NCBI RefSeq assembly: GCF_004010195.1
Contig: NC_057719.1
Coordinates: 7,969,280 to 8,033,279, forward strand
Direction of reading: 5' to 3'
DNA length: 64,000 nucleotides
Source of the DNA: Chiloscyllium plagiosum
Taxonomy: Eukaryota
Shown here: positions 35,230 through 47,200 of the stretch, piece after piece
Position numbering within the stretch: position 1 is the stretch's first letter
Layout: each line of letters opens with the position of its first letter
The notes under the pieces: generated by a model
The model's database searches: none
The model's input: only the letters and a program-made list of their open reading frames with translations
Told to the model about the DNA's origin: nothing
Position numbers and translations under genes: made by a program

Positions 35230-37440
35230 TCTGGAAAATAGGAAAAGGAGCAGGCCATTGAGCTATCTACCCAGCCTGCTATTCTAGATCACAGCTGATC
35301 ATCTCACCAGTGTCATGTTCCTGCTCTCTCTCTGTATCCCCTAATGTCATTAGTCTGCAGAAATGTATCGATTCTGTATTGAATGATTGGACTTAAGCAG
35401 CCCTCTGGGGTACAGAATTCCAAAGATTCACTACTACCTGAATGAGAATATTCCTCCTCATCTCAGTCTTTAATGGTCTGACCCTTACCCTAGGATTTGG
35501 TTCTAGAGTCACCAGTTGGGGAAGCATCCAATCTATATACACCCTGTCACACTCTGTAAGAACTTTGCAGGTTTCACTGAGATTTCTTATTCTTCGAAAC
35601 TCTACAGAGTGCAGAGTGGAATCCAATGTCCTCGATATCTCCTCAAAAAATACTTCTGCCATCCCAGGAATTTTTCTGGTGAACCTCTATTACACTTCCT
35701 TTCTGGCAAGTGTATCCTTCCTCAGACAAGAATACCCAGATCCTTTTGGACACCAGCACATGCTAATCCCACATATTTAGGAAATAAATTTCTTTACTCT
35801 ACAGAAGTGAATACATTCACACTTTTATGTATTATATTCCATTTTCTAGCCCAATCACCAAATGTGTGTAAATGCTCTTGAAACCTTTTTGCATCCTCCT
35901 CACAGTTTGTGTTCCCACCAAGTTTGATCTTATCAGTAAATTTGGAAATAATTCAATTAGTTCTCACATTCAAATCTTTTATATAGGTTATGAATAGTTG
36001 TGGATCTAGCATTGACCCTTGTAATACCCATTTGTAACAGCCTACTATTCTGGGAATGATGTATTTATTTCTATTCTTTGTTTTTTGTCTACTAACCCAC
36101 TCGCAATCCATGCTAGAATATTTCTCCTAATTCCATACCCTCTTATTTTATTTGCTAATATCCTGTGTGGGAGCTTATCAAACATTTTCTGAAAATCCAA
36201 AAACACAATATCTACTGGTTCACCTATAAGTAGCACCCTTGAAAATTACAGAATTTTACAGTACAGATGGAGATCCTGTTCTCCACTATAAACTGTCCTC
36301 ACCCCCACCTGTACAGAGCCCACATTTATCCATGCTAATCTTTTACCTTTCACATACCGACAGAAGCTTTTACAGTCCTCCTTTCTGTTCCTTGCTAGAT
36401 TGTATTCATATTCTTTTTTCCCTCCCATTATGAATTTCTTGGCCCTTCCTTGTTGGTTCTAAATGACTTCCAAACCTCAGGCAAAGCAGTATTTCAGACT
36501 TCTTTTTGTCTAATGCAGCATTAACCTATTTTATTAACCACAGTTGATTTGCCTTTTCTTTTCGTGTTAGGGCCCTGATGAATGTATATATATTGTAGAC
36601 TTTGGAGCATTTCTTCAAGTACTAGCTAGTTCCTATGTACCATTAATTGTTTTATGATTTGGAAGTTGGACTGGCGTGAACAAAGTTAAAATTTACACAA
36701 CACCAGGTTATAGTCCAACAGGTTTAATTGGAACCATAGCTTTTGGAGCGCTGCTCTTTCATTGATGAAGGAGTAGCGCTCCGAAAGCTAGTGCTTCCAG
36801 GTAAACCTGTTGGACCATAACCTGGTGTTGTATAAATTTTAACTTAATGTTTTTCGTACATTTTCTCAATTCACCCTATCCAAATGGCCCAACAGATCGT
36901 CAAATCTGAGTGAAGAAAACAATGAGTCTAGTTTCAATTCACCATATCACACTCAAACCCCATGTAAAATTCTATGGTATAATTGTCACTAATACTCAAG
37001 GTTCCTTTACAGAAGCGTCACTAATTAACATTTTCTCATTGCACATCAAAATAAACTGAATCCCATGTGGCCCTTTGACTGACCATTCCAGAGACCCACC
37101 TTGTTCACACTGCAGGAATTCATCCTCCAAAGCATCAAACTGATTTGGTTTACCCAGTCCATCTGTAAACTGAAGTCACCCATTATACACACATGTTTCG
37201 TGTATCTCTAATTTCCTGATTTTATAACATGCCCATTCGGTTTGGTGTTGTATAACCAACTACCTTTGCTGCCCCTCATTGTTTCTTAGCTCCATCTTGA
37301 TCCTTCAATCAAAGATCATCTCTTACTAATTTACTGCTATCGTCCCTAATTAGCAGTGTCTATTCCTCCTCAATGTAGATTATCCTTGGCTATTCGTTTA
37401 TCAATCTTGGTCGCCTTGTAGTCTGCACTCCGCAATGGAA
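35230..37440 (-). mobile_element. Long decayed CR1 ORF2 fragment
   Basis: Minus ORFs GEPVDIVFLDFQKMFDKLPH, EYEYNLARNRKEDCKSFCRYVKGKR, KTEMRRN...VVNLWNSVP. Confidence 0.85.
36660..36845. mobile_element. Penelope-like fold-back cassette (family B) nested in CR1
   Basis: aagttaaaatttacacaacaccaggttatagtccaacaggttta is inverted relative to taaacctgttggaccataacctggtgttgtataaattttaactt; centre tTGATGA-A-GGAGT agc GCTCC-GAAA-GC-TA-GTG. Confidence 0.85.
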
Positions 37441-37459
37441 GTTAAATCATATTTATTTA

Positions 37460-37815
37460 TTCATTCATTCATGGGATGAGGGTGTCGCTGGCTAGACCAG
37501 TATTTATTGCCCATCCATAATTGCCCAAGGGCAGTTAAGAGTCAACCACATTGCTGTGGGTCTGGAATTACATATAGGCCAGACCACGTAAGGATAGCAG
37601 TTTCCCTCCCTATAGGACATTAGTGAACTAGATGGGCTTTTCCAGCAATCGACAATGGATTCTTGGTCATCATTAGATGATTAATTCCAGATTTTTAAAA
37701 ATTAAATTCAAGTTCCACCATCTGCCATGATGGGGTTCAAACCTGGGTCCCCAGAACATTACCTGCACCTCCGGATTAACACTCTATGATAATACTACTA
37801 GGCCAATGCCTCCCC
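37460..37815 (-). mobile_element. tRNA-derived SINE sharing its tail with the L2-like LINE
   Basis: Minus head ggggaggcattggcctagtagt (box A), ggtttgaaccc (box B), tail cccatgaatgaatgaat. Confidence 0.8.
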
Positions 37816-37929
37816 TTGAATTTACCTCAATTTGTGCATTTGAATCATTAATCTTATTGCAAATGCTTTGTGCATACAGATGGTGTCTTTAATTCAGCTT
37901 TGTTAACATAATTCTACATTTTGATCCTA

Positions 37930-38695
37930 GAAAGGATGGTATTTCTTATAACATCGTTCACAATCCTGCATCTCAAAATGTTTTACAGGCAAATGCTATT
38001 CATTTTGAACAGTAGTCATGTTGTGATGTAAGCTGTGATGAGACAGTGGCTCAGTGGTTAGCACTGCTACCTCACAGCACCAGGGACCTGAGTTCAATTC
38101 CAGCCTCAGGTGACTGTCTGTGTGGAGTTTGCACATACTCCCCGTGTCTGTGTGGGTCTCCTCCAAGTGCTGCAGTTTCCTCCCACAGTCCACAATGTGT
38201 AGGTTAAATGGATTGGCTGTGCTAAATTGCCCATAGCGTTAAGGGGTGTGCAGACTAGGTGGATTAGCCATGGGAAATGCACGGCTACAAGGATAGTGTA
38301 AGAGGTTAGGTTCAGGTGGGATGTTCTTCAGAGGGTTGGTGTGGACTCAATGGGCCAAATCCACACTGTAAAGATTCTATGAAAAATATCAGTCAAGTTG
38401 TATGTAGAAAATCCCCACAGACAGCAATGAGATAATGACCAGACAAGTTTTGTTTTGGTGATTATGGTTGACCAGAACACAGGTGAGAATTCCCTTACAC
38501 TCTTTCCAAAAGTGCCAGGTGATCTCTTCTGTTCACCTGAGAGGGTGGGCAGGATGGTTTGTTTAAGGTCCATTCTGAAATAAGCAGCTCTCTAGCACAT
38601 CCCTTTCTGTCCTGCTTGACATGTTCAAATCTATGGAATGAAGACTTGACCCTCCAAGCCTTCTGACTCTAGGGGACAGTCTACTCAGTAAGCTG
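37930..38695 (-). mobile_element. Decayed Deu-SINE split by the HE1 SINE at 38042-38382
   Basis: ttttgaacagtagtcatgttg...cccacagacagcaatgagataatgaccagac...ttcacctgagaggg...ccttctgactc. Confidence 0.65.
38042..38382 (+). mobile_element. Full-length HE1-type V-SINE
   Basis: gtggctcagtggttagcactgctacctcacagcaccagggacctgagttcaattcc, V core, tail cacactgtaaagattctatga. Confidence 0.9.
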
Positions 38696-40389
38696 ACACT
38701 GTAGATATATAAATTGGACATATTTAATACTTTATTGCTATACCTCCTATAGGCCTTTACTATTTTGCTGTAGTTTAATTATTAGGAATCCAAGCATTTT
38801 ACATCCTGAAGGGGATTCCAATTTTTTTTTGCATTGATGATATCTGCATTGGAATCACTAATCTCAGTCTTGGCAGCCTTTGAAACAGAGTGGTGAGATT
38901 TATGAGACATGGCTGAAGAAATCTTTTTGTAGTGGACAGCTTTGGACAGATTTTTTTTCTCCATAAATGGCCAAGAGCAACATGCCACTGTATTTTCTTG
39001 AGTCTTCCACAGATTGAACCTGGAGCTTGCAGTTTATCCAGTTCTTGGGAATGTACCACCGCAAAATTTTGTCCAGCTCCTCCTGCACAACTTGGAAGCT
39101 AGAGCATTGTTTGTTATAACAAGTTAAATGTGACAAGAATGATGCATGTATTGAAATATTTGGCTAAAGGTTTATTCCCATGACAGTTGTGGTTCTGACT
39201 GTAAACTTGGAGGGGACACTGTGTGGAAAGTCTTATGCATACAAAATAGCTGCATAATACCACAAATGTTAACATCAATGTGTGGTATAAAGTGAAAGCT
39301 AGCAAACTATTTGCTATTTAATAATGCATTTCCATTCTGTGTGTGTTTATCTAGGGTACACATGACAACACTGTTTTGAGCTCCGAAGTCATATTGTAGG
39401 TCTGGATTTTGTGGTTTTCAGTGGGAGTGAGCAGACTGAATGGAAACTGGGTGGCCCGCTTGCAGCCATCTCTGTTTGAGCTTGTTCAGTCGAGCATTGG
39501 ATGGACAAGTTTGGGGCTGTCCAGTAGGAAGGTGCATGTTTAGAGGGTAAACATAGGCTCAGGTTGCAAGCAGGAATCTAAACTGACACATTATGGTGGC
39601 AGATGGATAATACCATGGACTCTAAGGTTGGTCACAGCTTTAAGCTTAGAATCCAGCCCACAGTGCTTGGGCATTGGTATCACTATGTTTTTAGATATGC
39701 AATACAAATGTATTGATGTCATCCACAGATATGTTGCCGATTCAGATTACTCACTATTGGTGAATGGTATTCAAAATAGTGATTATGGAGGGCACTGGAA
39801 TTGCTTGATACAAATTAGCTCAGAAGGCTGCAGCTTTAGCAAGGTTGTCGTGTAACATGTGAATTGGGTAATGTAAACTTCAAAGGAACTAATGTTTGGT
39901 TGAAATCCAGTTGGTATTTTGATAGTACTTGTGTGTATGCCTCAGCAGTCTGTTCCTTGAAGTGCTATTTTGGGTAACAATCCTGAAAGACTAGACTGTG
40001 GAAGTGTGGAGGAAGAGAATAAAGTCAGGTATCTATGATTCTGCAGGAGGCACACATGTTGAGTTACTTTTGTAGTTGCCAACTTGTATCATTTTTATTG
40101 ACGGTCCTTAACTGCATCCATGTGTAAAACTGAGCATTGTCTGGAAGAGATAAAGACTGAATTTTTCAATGCTAACCTGGGTTTCACTGCTTGCAAGATG
40201 ATCCATTGTAGGTTTTTGAATTCTTAGAGCTATTAAAATTTGCAAAATTGTTTCATTTGAAATTCAGTACCTGCAATTTAATCATGAGCATATAAAATAT
40301 CTTTTCAACTCCCATTTAAATTTAAAGTATGTTTTATTTGAGCTAACAATCTTGCTGTTTCATGTAGGGATAGCCTTGAAACCTTTTTT

Positions 40390-40720
40390 GATTCATTTAT
40401 GGGATGAGGGTGTCACTGGCTAGACCAGTATTTATTGTCCATCCCTGATTGCCCAGACAAGAGTCACCTACATTGCTGTGGATATGGAGTCACATGGAGG
40501 CCAGACTAGGCAAGATTAGCAGTTTCCTTGGCGAAAGGACATTAGATGGGTTTTTCCGACAATTGAAAGTTGATTCATGGTCATCATTCTTAATTCCAGA
40601 ATTTTATTGAATTTAAATTCCACCATCTGTCGTGGTTCAATTCAAACCTGGATTAGCCAAACATTACCTGGATCTCTGGATAACAGTCCAGTGATAATAC
40701 CATTAGGCCATCATCTCCCA
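40390..40720 (-). mobile_element. tRNA-derived SINE, same family as 37460
   Basis: atgggatgagggtgtcactggctagaccagtatttattg...taggccatcatctcccc. Confidence 0.8.
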
Positions 40721-40724
40721 AATG

Positions 40725-41465
40725 CCAGGCAATGACCATCTCCAATGCAAGACAATGAACCCCTTGACATTCAATGTATTATCATCACTGGATCCCCCAC
40801 TATCAACATCCTGGGCATTACCATTGACCAGAAACTCAACTTAGCTTGCAACATAAACACAGTAGCTGCAAGGCCAGGTCAGGGGCTTGGAATACTGAGG
40901 TGACTAACTCACCTCCTGACTCCCTAAAGCCTGCCCACCATCTACAAGGTACAAGCCAGGACTTGGGTGAAATGCTCCCCACTTGCCTGGGTGGGTGCAG
41001 CTCCAACAACACTCAAGAAGCTTGACACCATCCAGGACAAAGCAGCCCACTTGATTGACACTACATCCACCAGCATCTACACCCTTGACCACCAAAACTC
41101 AGAAGCAGCATCGTGTATTATCTACAAGATGCATTGCAGAAATTGACCAAAGGTTTTTGGCCAGCACCTTCCAAACTCACAACCACTTCCACCTAGCAGG
41201 ACAAGGGTTGCTGATACATGGGAACACCACTATTTGCATGTTCTCCTTCAAGCCACTCCCATCCTGACTTAGAAATATAACACCGTTCCTTCACTGTCAC
41301 TGGGTCAAAATCTTGGAATTCTCTGCCTAAGGACATTGTGGGTCTAGCTGCAACATGTGGGCTGCAGTGGTTCAAGAGGGAAGCTCACTACCACCTTCTC
41401 AAGGACAATTAGGGACAGACAGTAAATGCTGGCCAGTTAGAAAGGTCTACTGCCCATGAATGAAT
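40725..41465 (+). mobile_element. L2-like LINE 3' fragment
   Basis: atcctgggcattaccattgaccagaaactcaac (ILGITIDQKLN), atctacaaggtacaagccagg, tail cccatgaatgaata; clade assignment is tentative. Confidence 0.75.
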
Positions 41466-41504
41466 ATTTTTTTAAAAAGTGTTGGTAGCTTGAGGAATTC
41501 TGGC

Positions 41505-43320
41505 TCAGAGTTGATGAGCTGCTGTATAACAGAAGTAGACCCTTCAGTCCAACTCAACCTAGTCCCTTTTGGCTGCTTTTGGCCTATATCCCTCTAAACC
41601 CCTCCTATTCATATTCAAATCCAGATTCCATTTAAATGTTGTTATTGTACCTGCCTCCACCACATCCTCTGGCAGCTCGTTCCATATATGCACCATCCTG
41701 TCTGAAAAATTACCTCTCAGGTTCTTTTAAGTCTTTCCCGTCTCACTTTAAACTGACATCCTCTAGTTTTGGACATCCCACTCTACGAAAAAGGCTTTGG
41801 CTATTCACACTATCTATGCCCCTCATGACTTTATAAACCTCTACAAAATCACCCCTCAGCCTCTGACACTCCAGGGGAAAAAACCCAGCCTATTCAGCCT
41901 CTCCCTATAACACAAACCCTCCAGTCCCAGCAATATCCTTGTAACTGTCTTGTATAGCCACAACATGTCGTCCCAACTCCTGTACTCCATGCTCTGACCA
42001 ATGAAAGCAAGTGTGCCAAACACATTCTTCAATGCCCTATGCACCTGCGATTTCACTTTCAAGGAATTATGCAACTGCAGCCCTCGGCCTCTTTGTTCGG
42101 CACTCCCGAGGGCCCTACCTTTAACTGCATAAGTCCTGCCCTGGTTTGCCTTAACAAAATGTAGCACATTTATCTATATTAAGCTCCACCTGCTACTCCT
42201 CAGCTCATTGGCCCATCTGTTCAAGGTGCCATTGTATTCTGAGATAACCTTCCTCACTATCCACCACACTACCTATCTTGGTGTCATGTGTAAACTTGCT
42301 AACCACATCTCCTGTATTCACATCTAAGTCATTCATGTAAATGACAAAAAGCAGTGGACCCAGCACCGATCCTTGTGGCACACTGTAGGTTAGAGGCTTC
42401 CTGTCTGAAAAGCATTCCTCCACCACCACCCTCTATCACCAATTGGCTAGCTCCCCTGGATTTTCATGTTACTAAATAGTTGAGCATATGGAACCTTGTC
42501 AAACGCTTTGCTGAAATCTATAGACAACATCTACTGCATTGCCTTTATCAATCTTCATTGTCACCTCTTCAAAAAAGCTGAAAATGTGTTGCTGGAAAAG
42601 CACAGCAGGTCAGGAAACCTGAAGAAGGGCTTATGCCCGAAACGTCGATTCTCCTGTTCCCTGGATGCTGCCTGACCTGCTGCGCTTTTCCAGCAACACA
42701 TTTTCAGCTCTGATCTCCAGCATCTGCAGACCTCACTTTCACCTCCTCAAAAAACTCCATCAAGTTCATGAGACATGATTTCCCATGCACACAACCATGT
42801 TGAATATCCTTAGTCAGTCCTTGCCTTTCCAAATGCATGTAAATCCAGTCCCTCAGAATAACAACAACTTACCCATCACTGACATCAGGCTCACCTGTCT
42901 ATAGTTCTCTAGCTTTTCCCTACGGCCTTTCTTAAATAATGGCACCACGTTAGCCAACCAATCGTCTTCCAGAACCTCACTTGTGGCTGTCAATGATAGA
43001 ACTATCTAAGCAATAGACCCCACAGTCTCTTCCCCAGTTTCCACAAAGTTCTAGTAAACACCTGATTAGGTCCTGGGATTTATCTACCTTTATCCATTTT
43101 AAGATCTCTAGCACCTTCTCTTCTGTAATATGAACTCTTTTCAAGATATCGCTATTTATTTATCCAAGTTCCCTAGCTTCCATATCCTTCTCCATAGTAA
43201 GTACCCACATGAAATATTCGTTTAGTATCCCACCCTTCTCATGTGGTTCTACATATAGTCTGCCACATTGATCTTTAAGGGGCCTTATTCTCCATGGTTA
43301 CTCTTTTGCCCTTAATACAC
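41505..43320 (-). mobile_element. HER1/CR1 RT-to-tail fragment
   Basis: Minus ORF VPQGSVLGPLLFVIYMNDLD...SKFTHDTKIG. Confidence 0.92.
42577..42738 (+). mobile_element. Penelope-like fold-back cassette (family A) with an intact hammerhead core
   Basis: TSD tcacctc(t/c)tcaaaaaa (42561-42576, 42739-42754); 39-bp inverted repeat with one mismatch (42576-42614, 42671-42709); CTGAAGA-A-GGGC ttat GCCC-GAAA-CG-TC at 42619-42646. Confidence 0.9.
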
Positions 43321-43379
43321 TTACTTTAGCACGCACTTACACCCCTTAGAATAACTATCTTGAATTAGATCAGTGGTCA

Positions 43380-45200
43380 GACACAGGAGGGTGTGACTAT
43401 GAGCAAGGCAGGTAGAGGAACCCAGGAGTTTGTTTGAAGGAGCCTTGGCTCAGGAGTCAGGATGGGTCAGAAAATAAATCAGGAGATAAGAAAGGCATGT
43501 GAGAAAGGCAGCATTGCAGTAATCATGGGGGACTTCAATTTGCAGGTGGACTAAGAAAATCAGATTAGTAGCAGATCCCAAGGAAAGGAATTTGTGGAAC
43601 ATCTTTGAGATGGGTTTACTTTGTTCCAGCTTGCGATAGAGCACAGTGGAGAGCAGGCTGTTTAGGATTTGTTGATGTGGTAATGTTTCACTTGATTAGG
43701 GAGCTTAAGGTGAAGGAACTCCCTTGGGGCAGTGACCATGATGTGATCAAATTCACTCATCAGCTTGAGAGGGAGAAGCTGAAATCAGACGTAATGATAT
43801 TACCGTTGAGTAAAGGTACCGATATGAGGGAGGTGCTGGCCAGAGTTGTTTGGAAGAGAAGCCTAGCAGGGAAGATGGAGCTGCAGCAATGGCATGAGTT
43901 TCTGGCGATAATTCGGGAGGCACAGTGGAAATTCATCCCAAGGAAGGAGAGCGTAACAAGGGGTGGACAAGGCAACCACGGCTGGCCAAGGAAGTCAGGG
44001 ACAGAATAAATGCAAAAGAAATGTATGCAATGGTGAAATTAGTTGGATTCACCTTGGATTTGCTGACTGACAGAAGGCATACCGTGGGATTAAAGGGTTC
44101 TGTTTCAGGATAGCAGCTGGTGACTAGTGGAGTTCTGCAGAGGTGACTACAATGACTCACATTATACATTAACAATCTGGATGAAGAAACTGAGGGCGTT
44201 GCTAAGTTTGCACTTGACACAAAGAGGGACAGGTAGTGTTGGGGGGGGGGGGGGGGAGGTAGGCTGCAGAAGGACTTGTACTAGCAGTAGAGTGGGCAAT
44301 GAAGTGAGAGATAGACTGCAGTGTGGGAAAGTGTGAGATTGTGAAAAACAACCCAGAAATTGCTCAAGACCGAACAGTTCTGAAGAAAGGTCACTTGACC
44401 CAAAATGTTAACTCTGCTTTGTATCCACAGCTGCTTTGTATCCAGCAATTTCTGATTTTCAACATTAACAGTTCTTTGGTTTTATTGAGAGGTTTTGTAC
44501 ACTTTGGTATGAAGGATAGAGGCGTACACCACTTTGGAAATGGGGAAAAGCTAAGGAAATCTGAATTACAAAGGAACTTAGGAGTCCTAGTTCAAGATTA
44601 ACTTAAGGTTAACATGCAATTTTAGTTGGCAGTTAGAAAGACAAATGCAATATTTGCAATCATTTCAAGAGGTCTAGAATACTAGAACAGGGTGTACTAA
44701 TGAGGCTATATAAGGATCTAGTCAGAGTGCATTTGGAATATTGTGAGCAGTTTTGTGTCTTGTATCTAAGGAAGAGTGTGTTGGCCTTGAAGGGGCCCAG
44801 AGAAAGTTTACAAGAATAATCTCAAGGATGAAGGGCTTATCATGTGATGAGAGATTGAGGACTTGGCATCTGTACTCTGTGGAGTTTAGGAGGATGAGCG
44901 GGAGGATTTAATTTAAACTTGCAGAATACTGTGAGGCCTGGATGAATGGATGTGGAAAAGATTTTTCCAACAGTAGGAGAGATTAGGACCCAAGGGCACA
45001 GCCTCAGAGTGAAGGGCCAAACCCTTAGAACTGAGATGAGGAGGAAATTCTTCAGCCAGAGGGTAGTTAATCTGTGGAACTCATTGCCGCAGAAGGCTGT
45101 AGAGGCAAGTCACTGAGTGTATTAAAGACCGAGATGGATAGGTTCTTTATTAATAAAGAGATCAAAGGCTACAGGAAGAAGGCAGGAGAACGGGATTGAG
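43380..45200 (+). mobile_element. Internally deleted CR1 ORF2 (endonuclease, RT, 3' end)
   Basis: atcatgggggacttcaat (IMGDFN), ggcagtgaccat (GSDH), ttggaatattgtgagcag, gagatgaggaggaaattcttcagccagagg. Confidence 0.85.
44345..44465 (+). mobile_element. Penelope-like remnant (family C) with degenerate hammerhead
   Basis: cagaaattgct ... agcaatttctg short inverted ends; GTT-CTGAAGA-A-AGGTC actt GACCC-aAAA-tg-TT-AAC from 44377. Confidence 0.7.
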
Positions 45201-45204
45201 AAAG

Positions 45205-47200
45205 TCCCACTGAAGGGCTTTTGCTAGTTCTGTTGGTGAGGTTTTAAACTCGTAGGGCAGGGGAATCAGAATCAAAGTGTAGGCTTAGATGGGTCAGATT
45301 CAGGTCAGGAAACAGAGGTAGAACATTAATTAATGATGTAGTCAGTGACTTGAAAGACAAAAGAAATGAGGATTAAAAAGCATCCAGCAAAGTAAATTGA
45401 TGGGTTGTGCTGTTTATACTTCAATGCAAGGAATATTACAAATAAGGCAGATGAACTAATGGCACAGTTAGACACATGACAGCTTGATATTGTTGCTATG
45501 GAAACATGGATAAAGGAGGGGCAGAACTGGCATCCCAATATCCATGTTGGAAAAAGTAATCATAACGCGAGAGGAAATGTTAGAGGAGTTGGAATTCTTG
45601 AAAATGGCTATGACTTCAGGATCAGATGGATCAGCATTTACCAGGGAAGAAATAGCAAATGCTCTGAGGATTATTTTCCAATCTTCACTGTATATAGGTG
45701 AGGTGCTGGAGGACTGAATGAATGCAAGTGTGGTTCCGTTGTTTCAAAAGAGTAAAAAGGAAATGCCAAACAATTACATGCCATTTAGTCTTACTTCAGT
45801 TTTGGGAAAATAATAGAATCGATCCTGAGAGATTGGACTAACTGTCATTTAGAAAGGCATGGTCTAGTCAGGAACAGTCAGCATGGCTTTGTTAAGGGGA
45901 GGCCTTCCTTTATAAATTTGATTGAATTCTTTGAGGAAGTGACAAGGAGGATCGATGAGGGTAGTTCAGTGGATGTTGAATACATGGATTTAAGTAAGGT
46001 ATTTGACAAGGTCCCATATGGCAGACTGGTCAAAAATGTAAAATGTAAAAGCTATGGGATACAGGGTAATGTGTCAAATTGAATCCAAAGTTAGCTTAGT
46101 AACAGGAAACAAAAGGTAATAGTCAATGGTTGCCCTTGTGAATGGAAAGCTGTTTGAAGTTGTGTTCTGTAGGACTTGGTGTTGGGACTGCTGCTGTTTG
46201 TTTTGTACATTAATGATTTGAACTTGGAAGTGGGGGCACAATTGGGAAATTTACAGATGCCACAAAAATTGGCTGAGTAGTGGATAGAGGATAGCTGTTT
46301 GCTATAAAATGATACAGGTGTGTTGGTGGAGTGGGCAGGAAAGTGGCAGATGGAGTTCAACTCTGATAAATGTGAGGTGGTGCATTTAGGGAGGTCAAAC
46401 AGTAAAAGGAAATATATGGTTAATGGAAATCAACTGAGGGGGTAGACAAAGTGAGAGATCTTGACATGCACATAGACAGGCCCCTAAAGTTGGCAGTGTT
46501 GGTAGATAATGTTGTAAAGAAGGCATATGGAATGCTATCCTTCATTGGCAGAGTATAGATCACAAAAGTAGGGATATAATGATGAAACTATATAAGACAC
46601 TGGTGAAGCCCCAACTGGAGTATTGCTTGCAGTTCTAGTCATCACATTACAGGAAGGGCATAATTACTCTGGAGAGAGGGCAGAGAAGATATACCAGAAC
46701 GCTGCCAGGCCTGGGGAATTGTAGCTATGAGGAGAGATTGGAGAGGTTGGGGTTGAGAGGGTGACATGATTAATGTTTACAAATTGTGAGGGTTAAAGAC
46801 AGAGTAGACTTGTTTCCCTTGGAAGAGTGTTCAAAAACCAGGGGTCACAGATTCAAGCCAAGTGGCAAAGTATTAGAGGGGATGTGAGGAAAATCTTTTT
46901 TATGCAGAGGATGGTAGGTCTGTGGAATTCATTGCCTGAGTTGGTGGTGGAGTGTGTTATAAAAGGTACCTGGAGCTGCATGCTAAATGCTGTAAGCGGC
47001 AGGGCTATGGGCTATGTGTAGGAAGATGATATTAGAAAAGATATGGTCTTTGGGTTGGTATGGACAAAATGGGCCAATTGGCCCCCTTTTGTGCTGTATC
47101 ATTTCTAAGATTCTGGGGAGAAACATATCAGCTGTGATCAATTGCAGAATGGAATCCATAAGCCGAATAGCTGAATTCTGCTTCCGTTTCTTATGGTGTT
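45205..47200 (+). mobile_element. Internally deleted CR1 ORF2
   Basis: tacttcaatgcaagg (YFNAR), gaaacatgg (ETW), cagcatggcttt (QHGF), gacaaggtcccatat, ctggagtattgc. Confidence 0.88.

Noticed and set aside
38042..38115. tRNA-like box A/box B sequences here and at 18245, 27272 and 48418
   Set aside because: SINE heads continuing into SINE bodies; no complete cloverleaf.
38782..39136. Three overlapping short minus ORFs and a plus acceptor tcttccacag at about 39012
   Set aside because: No recognisable homology; as the next CEP128 exon (phase 1) it would give Asp then a stop rather than the expected DLLEE-like sequence.
41505..45200. Head-to-head CR1 segments suggesting a twin-priming inversion
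   Set aside because: The halves overlap in RT coverage and have different 3' ends, so they look like independent insertions.
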